From NCBI GenBank assembly GCA_937892955.1, contig CALBKH010000096.1, positions 7,621 to 71,620 of the forward strand: 64,000 nt of DNA. The letters are read 5' to 3'. Origin of the DNA: an uncultured Alphaproteobacteria bacterium. GTDB taxonomy: Bacteria; Pseudomonadota; Alphaproteobacteria; Rhizobiales; Ancalomicrobiaceae. The notes beneath the pieces are model-generated. The model was given only the letters and a program-made list of their open reading frames with translations, was not told the origin of the DNA and did not search any database. Below, piece after piece: positions 13,512-20,621 of this stretch (positions within the stretch are counted from its first letter, which is position 1; the number at the start of each line of letters is the position of its first letter). A program made the position numbers and the translations under genes.

Positions 13512-14093
13512 TCAGCGTTCGATGGTGCCGGTACGGCGGATCTTCTTCTGCAGCAGCAGCACGCCGTAGAGCAGCGCCTCCGCGGTGGGCGGGCAGCCCG
13601 GCACGTAGACGTCGACCGGCACGATGCGATCGCAGCCGCGCACCACCGAGTAGGAATAGTGATAGTAGCCGCCGCCGTTGGCGCAGGAGCCCATCGAGAT
13701 GACGTAGCGCGGCTCCGGCATCTGGTCGTAGACCTTGCGCATCGCCGGGGCCATCTTGTTGGTCAAGGTGCCGGCGACGATCATCACGTCGGACTGGCGC
13801 GGTGAGGCGCGCGGAGCGAAGCCGAAGCGCTCGCAGTCGTAGCGCGGCATCGCCATCTGGATCATCTCGACCGCGCAACAGGCCAGACCGAAGGTCATCC
13901 ACATCAGCGAGCCGGTGCGCGCCCAGTTGATGAGGTCGTCCGTCGCGGTGACGATGAAACCCTTGTCGGCGAGCTCGTCGTCGATCTTCAGGAAGAAGGG
14001 ATCCTCCGCACCCACCGGCTTACCGGTGTTCGGATCGATGATCCCCTTGGGAGCGGGAGCGACCAGCGGCGAAGACGGTTGGATCAGTCCCAT
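13512..14093 (-). CDS. nuoB: NADH-quinone oxidoreductase subunit B (PSST, N2 cluster)
   Basis: Track ORF 13512..14561 trimmed to the ATG at 14093 ([13 protein letters not shown]...GLACCAVEM...[37 protein letters not shown]). Confidence 0.9.
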   Translation of the reverse strand: MGLIQPSSPLVAPAPKGIIDPNTGKPVGAEDPFFLKIDDELADKGFIVTATDDLINWARTGSLMWMTFGLACCAVEMIQMAMPRYDCERFGFAPRASPRQSDVMIVAGTLTNKMAPAMRKVYDQMPEPRYVISMGSCANGGGYYHYSYSVVRGCDRIVPVDVYVPGCPPTAEALLYGVLLLQKKIRRTGTIER

Positions 14094-14449
14094 TCCAGGG
14101 CCCCCTTCTTCCACTCGTAGACGAAGCCGATGGTGAGGACGCCGAGGAAGATCATCATCGACCAGAAGCCGAACCAGCCGAGACCGCCGAAGGCCACCGC
14201 CCACGGGAACAGGAAGGCCACTTCGAGATCGAAGATGATGAAGAGGATCGACACCAGATAGAAGCGGACGTCGAACTTCATGCGCGCGTCGTCGAAGGCG
14301 TTGAATCCGCATTCGTAGGCCGACAGCTTCTCGGGATCCGGCTTCTTGTAGGCGACCAGGAAGGGCGCGATCATGAGAGCCAGGCCGATGACGCAGGCCA
14401 GCGCGAGAAAGACGACGATCGGCAGGTATTCGCTGAGCAGGGCTTGCAT
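14084..14449 (-). CDS. nuoA: NADH-quinone oxidoreductase subunit A
   Basis: 121-aa, 3-TM ORF ([22 protein letters not shown]...[39 protein letters not shown]), the ND3 signature. First gene of the operon. Confidence 0.9.
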   Translation of the reverse strand: MQALLSEYLPIVVFLALACVIGLALMIAPFLVAYKKPDPEKLSAYECGFNAFDDARMKFDVRFYLVSILFIIFDLEVAFLFPWAVAFGGLGWFGFWSMMIFLGVLTIGFVYEWKKGALEWD

Positions 14450-15083
14450 GGCGATCCCGTTCCTCTCCCCCGATCCGGGAAGCGATCCGCGATCCGAGAT
14501 CGTGGATCGGACTGCTCTCGCCGGGTTCCTCGCGCCGATTCTGGGAACACGGCGCCGTCACGGCGAGGATACGACGAATTCGCGGCTGCGACCCGTCGTC
14601 ACGACGGCACGCTTAGCTCAGCCACCCCCGCGACGCAAGCGCCTTCACCCGCTCTTTTGGTCGAGTGTGGGGGGACGATCGGAAGACCCCGCATCCCACA
14701 CCCTACCGCGGCGCAACAAAGCGCACCGCCGCGGAATTTCGCGCTTTCCCCGCGGTTTCGGCGATTCGCCCATTTCTTCGCTCGGGCCCGCGCGTGCGGC
14801 CGCGACCCCGGGATCACAGGATGCGAGACCCTCGTCGACGGCCGCTCCGATCCGCCTCGCCGCGGCTCGCGAAAAGAGGGCGGCGAAAGGCTTTCCCGGG
14901 TTCAGCCGATTTGGCGCATTCTGGTATTACACAATAGGTCGACCTCGACCAAAGTTCCATCCACCTCACCCCGGTGCACCGGCGGTTCGCCGGCCGCGAT
15001 CGGCGAGGATCGGAGAAAGCGCGGCGAAACCGGCTTTTCCACCGGCTGCCGACGACGCCGGAATCTTCGCCGGCAAGAGGTGC

Positions 15084-15111
15084 TTGACACCGGAAGCCGG
15101 GCACCTTAAAC
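15084..15111 (+). promoter_or_regulatory. candidate sigma-70 promoter for tRNA-Asp
   Basis: TTGACA at 15084-15089, a 16-nt spacer, then TTAAAC at 15106-15111. It lies about 44 nt upstream of the mature tRNA 5' end. Motif match only. Confidence 0.4.
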
Positions 15112-15154
15112 GACCCTCCATCGCCGACGGGGCACGCCCCCGAAGCGGTCCAGC

Positions 15155-15231
15155 GGGGGTGTAGCTCAGTCGGTTAGAGTGCCGGCCTGTCACGCCGGAG
15201 GTCGCGGGTTCGAGCCCCGTCACTCCCGCCA
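15155..15231 (+). tRNA. tRNA-Asp (anticodon GTC)
   Basis: GGGGGTGTAGCTCAGTCGGTTAGAGTGCCGGCCTGTCACGCCGGAGGTCGCGGGTTCGAGCCCCGTCACTCCCGCCA. It folds as a cloverleaf by hand: a 7-bp acceptor stem with one G-U pair, anticodon loop CTGTCAC, T-loop GGTTCGAGCCC and an encoded CCA. Near-identical layout to E. coli tRNA-Asp. Confidence 0.95.
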
Positions 15232-15439
15232 TTTCTTCCTCGGAAGAATTCCGGACATCGAAGAATCCACGACATCGTCGAAACGAGTGGAACCGCGCCT
15301 CGCGCGGCTCTCGCCGTTCGACCGTTCCGCCCTCTCCTCCTCGATCCTCCTCCCCGTCTCGGCCCGACCTCCGCCGGATCGCCGACACCGCTCCGACATT
15401 GAGATTTCGCGCGCGCGTGCGCGCGAGGCCGGAAACCGC

Positions 15440-15793
15440 TCACACCACCGGCGAACCGTAGCCGAACGAGTAGGGAACCGGCCCGGAGAAGGCGAGAACG
15501 TCGCCTTCGTCGAGCGTCGCCTCGCGGTTGATCAGGCCGCCGCCGTAGACGCCGGGCGAGATGTCGCGACCGTTGCGCAACACCAGGAAGACGTCGGCCG
15601 GCGGCAGGCGCAATCGGTCGACGACGTCGCCGACGGTGGCGCCCGCCTCGAGTTCCATGCGCCGCACCGGCCCCTCCGGCCCGGCATGCCGAGTGAGGCT
15701 GTTGAACAGCCGCACCTCGATGGCGATCGTCGCCCCGCCGGCATTGTGTCCGAGCCCGGCCGGCGCCTGCTCGGGAACCTCGTCTCGCCGCAT
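15440..15793 (-). CDS. MoaD/ThiS-like beta-grasp protein lacking a C-terminal Gly-Gly
   Basis: 117-aa ORF. Its core (IAIEVRLFNSLTRHAG...LEAGATVGDVVDRLRLPP...VLRNGRDI...LDEGDVLAFSGPV) aligns by eye with the MoaD-like ORF at 24065..24367. It ends in ...PYSFGYGSPVV instead of GG. GGAGG lies 13 nt upstream of the ATG. Confidence 0.6.
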   Translation of the reverse strand: MRRDEVPEQAPAGLGHNAGGATIAIEVRLFNSLTRHAGPEGPVRRMELEAGATVGDVVDRLRLPPADVFLVLRNGRDISPGVYGGGLINREATLDEGDVLAFSGPVPYSFGYGSPVV

Positions 15794-16083
15794 CGCCTTT
15801 TTCGCCTCCTCGCGCCCGCGCGCGTCGACCCGCGAAGATAGGCGACGACGGCGCGAACCCCTTGATCGCGGTCAAGACGGTCGCCGAGCGAAGTCGGTCC
15901 GGCCGCTTCGCCGTGCATCGCATCGCCCGCTCGCGAGGTCGCGCCCGACCGTCCACAGGCCTCCCGCGCCGACCGATTCCCTCTGGCCGAGCGACGGCCG
16001 ACCCGCCATTATGGCGCCACGAACACGACGGATCGGCCCGGCACGCAACGGGATCGACGGAGGAAACGGGGATTCGATCCAGG

Positions 16084-17190
16084 ATGAGCCGCGACGCGAC
16101 GCCCGCCGCCCTCACGCCACTCTCCCGGCTCCGCGACGACATCATGAGATTCGCCGGTCCGGTGGCGCCGCGATCGGTGCCGTCGGCCGAGACGATCGGC
16201 GCGATCGCGGCCGAGGACGTCGTCGCCGCGACGGCGGTGCCGACGACGGCGGTGGCGCTGATCGCCGGCCATGCCGTCGCCTCGATCGAGACCGTCGGTG
16301 CCTCGCCCTATGCGCCGGCGAACCCCGCGCGGCTGGTTCCGGTCGCCGCCGGCGCCCCGATTCCCGACGGCTGCGACGCGGTGGTGCCCGCCGACGCCGT
16401 CACCCACGACTTCGGCCTCGCCTCGGTGCAGCAGGCGGTGGCGCCGGGCGAGAACCTGCGCCGCGCCGGCGAGGATTTCGCTGCCGGAACGCGCCTGGTG
16501 ACGGCGGGGACGCGCATCGCACCGCATCTCGCCCTCCTCGCCGACGCGATCGGCCACGCGACCCTGTCGATTCGCCGTCCGCGCGTCGCGGTCCGCCACG
16601 CCGACGCGCCGGAGGCATCGCGATCGGCGCGGCTCGTCGCGGCGATGGTCGAGGCGGATGCCGAAACCACGATCGGAACCGTCGATGCACCGATCGGCGC
16701 GGCCGACCTCGTCCTCTTGGTCGGAAACGCCGAGATCGGCCCCGAAGACGCGGCGCTCGCCCTCCTCGACGGTACGGGCCGGCGTCTCGGCCACGGCGCG
16801 GCGCTCGCCGGGCTCGAATCGCTCGCCTGGGGGACGATCGCCGACCGCCCCGCCCTGGTGCTGCCGCATCGCCCGGAGGCGATCTTCGCCGCGCGCCTCA
16901 CCCTGATCGAGCCGCTCCTCACCGCCCTCGCCGCGGCGCGCGAACCTCCGCCGACCGAGACCCGGCCGCTCACCCGCAAGATCGTGTCGCAGGTGGGGAT
17001 GAGCGAGATCGCGCTCCTCGCCCGTGACGGCTCCGCGTGGCGACCGCTCGCCACCGGCGGCCTGTCGTGGTCGGCGATCGCCGCCGCCGACGCCTTCGTC
17101 GAACTGCCGCCGCAGAGCGAAGGACAGGCCGAAGGCACTCTCCTCACGGCCCGCGCCCTCACCTTTCCCCCGCTTCGGAGTACCCCATGA
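16084..17190 (+). CDS. MoeA-like protein with degenerate active-site motifs (pseudo-MoeA)
   Basis: MoeA domain order is recognisable (PIPDGCDAVVPAD, APGENLRRAGEDFAAGTRL, PRVAV...). The conserved FDxSxMDGYA, STGDEL, SGG(V/T)S.G..DY and KPGKP motifs are all substituted (VALIAGHAV, RHADAPE, LVGNAEIG, LAGLES). Start chosen at ATG 16084. The stop overlaps the next ATG (ATGA at 17187-17190). Confidence 0.7.
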   Translation: MSRDATPAALTPLSRLRDDIMRFAGPVAPRSVPSAETIGAIAAEDVVAATAVPTTAVALIAGHAVASIETVGASPYAPANPARLVPVAAGAPIPDGCDAVVPADAVTHDFGLASVQQAVAPGENLRRAGEDFAAGTRLVTAGTRIAPHLALLADAIGHATLSIRRPRVAVRHADAPEASRSARLVAAMVEADAETTIGTVDAPIGAADLVLLVGNAEIGPEDAALALLDGTGRRLGHGAALAGLESLAWGTIADRPALVLPHRPEAIFAARLTLIEPLLTALAAAREPPPTETRPLTRKIVSQVGMSEIALLARDGSAWRPLATGGLSWSAIAAADAFVELPPQSEGQAEGTLLTARALTFPPLRSTP

Positions 17191-19103
17191 AACAGGACCA
17201 GTTTCTCACCGTTCTCGGCCGTGACGAGGCGCTCGCCCGGTTCGAGGCGGCGCTCGCGGCCGAACCGGTCGGGGTCGAGACGGTGCCTCTGGCCGCCGGC
17301 CTCGGCCGCGTGGTGGCCGAGAACGTCGTGCCGGCGATCGACGTGCCGCCGTTCGATCGCTCGACCATGGACGGCTTCGCGGTGCGCGCCGCCGACGTGG
17401 CCTCCGCCTCCGAAGTCGCTCCGGTGACGCTTCGCCTCACCGGCGAGACCATCGCCTGCGGCACCGCACCGAAGCACGCGGTCGCGGCCGGCATGGCGAC
17501 GGTGATCGCCACCGGCGGGCCGATCCCGCGCGGCGCCGACGCGGTGGTGCCGGTGGAGTGGACCGAACCGGGCGCCGACGGTGCCGTCGTCGTCCGCCGC
17601 GCCGTGGCGAGCGGCCAGAATCTCGCCTACGCCGGCTCGGACCTCGCCCGCGGCGAGGTGCTGCTGCGCCGCGGATCGACCGTCGGCTCGCGCGAGATCG
17701 GCATGATGGCCGCCTGCGGCATCGGTTCGCTCGCCGTCTTCCGCCGACCGAAGGTGGCGGTGATCTCGACCGGCGACGAACTGGTCCAGCCGGGCGAGGC
17801 GCTGCGTCCCGCCGCCATCTACGATTCGAACGGGCCGATCGTCGCCGCGGCGGTCGCCGAGAACGGCGGCGAGGCCGTCGCCTACGGGGCGATCCCCGAC
17901 GACGAGGAAAAGCTGCGCGCCGCGCTCCACGAAGCGCTCGCCACCTGCGACATGGTCATCCTTTCCGGCGGCACCTCCAAGGGCGCCGGTGACTACACCG
18001 CCCGCCTCGTCGGCGAACTGGGCTCGCCCGGCATCGTCGCCCACGGCGTGGCGCTGAAGCCGGGCAAGCCGTTGTGTCTGGCGGTGTGCGAGGGCAAGGC
18101 GGTGGTGGTGCTGCCGGGCTTCCCGACCTCGGCGATGTTCACCTTCCACGAATTCGTGGTGCCGTCGCTGCGCCGTCTCGCCGGGCTTCCCGCCCGCGCC
18201 GAGGCCAAGCTCGACGCCACCGTGCCGGTGCGCGTGCCGTCGGATCGCGGCCGCACCGAATTCGTCATGGTGTCGCTCGGCGAGGGCCCCGAAGGCGAAC
18301 GCATCGCCCATCCGGTATTCAAGGGTTCCGGCTCGATCTCCGCCTTCGCCCAGGCCGACGGCTTCGTCATGGTCGACGCCCTCGCCGATCAGATGCCGGC
18401 GGGCACGCTGAGCGAGGTCACCCTGTTCTCTCCCGACGTGCGCATCCCCGATCTGGTGATCGCCGGATCGCACTGCGTCGGGCTCGAGCCGATCATCGAT
18501 CGGCTGGCGGCCGAGGGCTGGGTGGTGCGCGTCCTCGCCCTCGGCTCGCTCGGCGGCATCCAGGCGGCCAAGCGCGGCGAATGCGACATCGCCCCGACCC
18601 ACCTCCTCCACGCCGAGACCGGCGCGTGGAACCGCCCCTATCTCGGCGACGACATCGATCTCGTCGAAGGCTGGCGGCGCGTCCAGGGCATCGTCCACCG
18701 GCCCGGCGATCCCCGCTTCGAGGGCAAGACGGTGACCCAAGCGATCGAAACGGCGGCGAGCGCACCCGACTGCCTGATGGTCAACCGCAACCAGGGCGCC
18801 GGCACCCGCATCCTGCTCGACGGTCTGCTGGCCGGTCGACGTCCCGAGGGCTACTTCAACCAACCGCGCTCGCACGGCGCCGTCGCCGCCGCGGTCGCCC
18901 AGGGGCGGGCCGACTGGGGCATGGCGATCCGGGCGGTGGCCGAACCCTACGGCCTCGCCTTCATCCCGTACGGCGACGAGCACTACGACTTCGCCATCCC
19001 GAAGAATCGCATCGAACGCCCGGCGGTGAAGGCTTTCCTGAAGGCGCTGGCCGAGGAGAGCGTACGGGCGGAGTTGCGGAGGATCGGCTTCGAGCCGGCG
19101 TGA
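17187..19103 (+). CDS. moeA: molybdopterin molybdenum/tungsten-transferase MoeA fused to a C-terminal PBP-like (oxyanion-binding type) domain
   Basis: Track ORF 17037..19103 trimmed to ATG 17187 (MKQDQFLTVLGRDEALARFEAAL...). Canonical MoeA motifs are present: FDRSTMDGFAV, ISTGDELV, IYDSNG, LSGGTSKGAGDYT, LKPGKPL. About 220 extra C-terminal residues (IPDLVIAGSHCVGLEPIIDRLAAEG...NRNQGAGTRILLD...YDFAIPK) resemble a periplasmic-binding-protein fold domain. Confidence 0.85.
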   Translation: MKQDQFLTVLGRDEALARFEAALAAEPVGVETVPLAAGLGRVVAENVVPAIDVPPFDRSTMDGFAVRAADVASASEVAPVTLRLTGETIACGTAPKHAVAAGMATVIATGGPIPRGADAVVPVEWTEPGADGAVVVRRAVASGQNLAYAGSDLARGEVLLRRGSTVGSREIGMMAACGIGSLAVFRRPKVAVISTGDELVQPGEALRPAAIYDSNGPIVAAAVAENGGEAVAYGAIPDDEEKLRAALHEALATCDMVILSGGTSKGAGDYTARLVGELGSPGIVAHGVALKPGKPLCLAVCEGKAVVVLPGFPTSAMFTFHEFVVPSLRRLAGLPARAEAKLDATVPVRVPSDRGRTEFVMVSLGEGPEGERIAHPVFKGSGSISAFAQADGFVMVDALADQMPAGTLSEVTLFSPDVRIPDLVIAGSHCVGLEPIIDRLAAEGWVVRVLALGSLGGIQAAKRGECDIAPTHLLHAETGAWNRPYLGDDIDLVEGWRRVQGIVHRPGDPRFEGKTVTQAIETAASAPDCLMVNRNQGAGTRILLDGLLAGRRPEGYFNQPRSHGAVAAAVAQGRADWGMAIRAVAEPYGLAFIPYGDEHYDFAIPKNRIERPAVKAFLKALAEESVRAELRRIGFEPA

Positions 19104-19253
19104 AGGGCAAGTCTCGCACGGCCGAGGGCGGAGATTCTGTGCGCATCCGAAGGGACGGCGTTTTCGGCCGGCACTCGTCCCGTCATCCCCGGCTGGAGCA
19201 CTCGGAGAGTGCGGAGGGAAAGGGGATCCATCGGAGAGGCAACGGATTCATCC

Positions 19254-19298
19254 GGCACGATCGGGGGCGGCACGATCGGGGGCGGCACGATCGATGGC
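19254..19298. repeat. short tandem repeat, 15-bp unit GGCACGATCGGGGGC x about 2.9
   Basis: Read directly: ggcacgatcgggggc ggcacgatcgggggc ggcacgatcgatggc, in the convergent spacer between the moeA fusion and the modE-like gene. Confidence 0.6.
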
Positions 19299-19375
19299 CC
19301 CCCTTCCCTCGCCCTTCGGGCTCGCCGGGGGTGACGGGCGGATGATGCCCATGACGTGCTCCGGAGACGTCCCCC

Positions 19376-19747
19376 TCAACAACCGTCGTCCAACCCGTCC
19401 TGCGCTTCCGGCGCCGCCATCAGCGCCTCGAGGGCGGCGACGTGCGGCGCGGCCGCCTCTTCGGTGGCGAGGAGCAGCGCCCGATAGCGCTCGACCACCT
19501 CGCGGCCGAGATCGGTGAGCGCCGCGCCCCCTCCCCCGGCGCCGCCGGTGTGGCCCTCGACCAGCGGCCGGCCGAAGGCCTTGTTGAGGTGGTCGATCAG
19601 CTCCCAGGCGCGCCGGTAGGTCATGCCGGTGGCGCGCCCTGCCGCCGAGATCGAGCCGGTCTCGGCGATCGCCTCGAGCAGCGACACCTTGCCGTGGCCG
19701 ATGCGCGTCTCCGGGTCGAGCTTGAGGAACAGACGGATGGCGATCAT
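19376..19747 (-). CDS. ModE N-terminal-domain (winged HTH) regulator without Mop/TOBE molybdate-binding domains
   Basis: Track ORF 19376..19798 trimmed to ATG 19747 (MIAIRLFLKLDPETRIGHGKVSLLEAIAETGSISAAGRATGMTYRRAWELIDHLNKAFGRPLVEGHTGGAGGGGAALTDLGREVVERY). It aligns with the E. coli ModE N-terminal DNA-binding domain, including the GG.GGGGA.LT motif. At about 123 aa there is no room for the di-Mop domain. Confidence 0.8.
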   Translation of the reverse strand: MIAIRLFLKLDPETRIGHGKVSLLEAIAETGSISAAGRATGMTYRRAWELIDHLNKAFGRPLVEGHTGGAGGGGAALTDLGREVVERYRALLLATEEAAAPHVAALEALMAAPEAQDGLDDGC

Positions 19748-20094
19748 GGCGGCGGCTCTCCCCGGGCGAATGCGATTTTCCCGCCCCCGACGGTCCACCC
19801 GTTCGGAAGCCGATTTCGGTCGATCTTATTCGAGTCCACGGCGAAACGAAGCGTTTCCCATCGCCGCCACGCTCTCGAGCGATCGAAAAAATCCCCCCGG
19901 CCGCGGATTGCAAAACCGCCTGCCACTGTTATGAATCGTTCCAACTACGAAGTAGTTCGGATGAAACGACGCGTTGTTCGCTTGTAAGCATAACGCTTTC
20001 GCTGCGATTTCGCATCGTTTTGCTCGAACGACCACAAAGATTTTCATATCGGGGGGAGACGCGGACGCCGCCACGGGGCGGAGTACGTCGGACT

Positions 20095-20119
20095 CCCTCT
20101 CCCGCAACCCAAGGGAGGG
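20095..20119 (+). promoter_or_regulatory. hairpin that can sequester the aorA Shine-Dalgarno
   Basis: CCCTCTC (20095-20101) can pair with GGGAGGG (20113-20119) as 7 bp including one G-U pair. GGGAGGG is the SD of aorA (ATG at 20128). The loop is 11 nt. Hand-folded only. Confidence 0.3.
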
Positions 20120-20127
20120 CGCTCGGC

Positions 20128-20604
20128 ATGATGAATTCGCTGCACATCGACCCCTCGAAATGCACCGGCTGCCTCCAGTGCGAGATGGCCTGTTCGTTCG
20201 AGAACCACGGTGTCTTCGCCACCTCGAAGTCGCGCATCAAGGTGTTCGACTTCCATTCGACCGGCCGCAAGGTGCCCTACACCTGCACCCAGTGCGACGA
20301 AGCCTGGTGCATGCACGCTTGTCCCGTGGGCGCCATCTCGGAAGACAAGAAGACCGGCGCCAAGGTGGTCAACGAGACGACCTGCGTCGGCTGCAAGGTG
20401 TGCACGATCGCCTGCCCCTTCGGGACGATCAACTACGTCGCCGACACCGGCAAGGTGCAGAAGTGCGACCTGTGCGCCGGTTCGCCGGCCTGCGCCGAAG
20501 CATGCCCGACCGGTGCGATCACCTTCGTCGACGCCAACTGGACCGGCCTCGACCGCATGCGCGCCTGGGCCGAGAAGCTCGACACCCAGACGGCGACGGC
20601 CTGA
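20128..20604 (+). CDS. aorA: 4x[4Fe-4S] ferredoxin-like electron-transfer subunit of AOR (AorA-type)
   Basis: Track ORF 20020..20604 trimmed to ATG 20128, preceded by AAGGGAGGG. Four cluster motifs are present: CTGCLQCEMAC, CTQCDEAWCMHACP, CVGCKVCTIACP, CDLCAGSPACAEACP. Confidence 0.85.
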   Translation: MMNSLHIDPSKCTGCLQCEMACSFENHGVFATSKSRIKVFDFHSTGRKVPYTCTQCDEAWCMHACPVGAISEDKKTGAKVVNETTCVGCKVCTIACPFGTINYVADTGKVQKCDLCAGSPACAEACPTGAITFVDANWTGLDRMRAWAEKLDTQTATA

Positions 20605-20621
20605 GACGAGGAGGATCGAAC

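Noticed and set aside
15407-15426. TCGCGCGC gcgt GCGCGCGA hairpin downstream of the MoaD-like gene, and the TTCTTCC/GGAAGAA hairpin at 15233..15248 after the tRNA
   Set aside because: Neither has a proper U-tract on the relevant strand, and the second has only a 2-nt loop. They may be weak terminators but I cannot support that.
19748-20127. A sigma-54 promoter (TGGCAC-N5-TTGC) or a canonical E. coli-type ModE box upstream of aorA
   Set aside because: I looked for GG-N10-GC spacing around the TTGC occurrences and for TATAT-N-TAYAT-type ModE half-sites. No convincing match was found. Only generic short palindromes are present, and those are reported separately.
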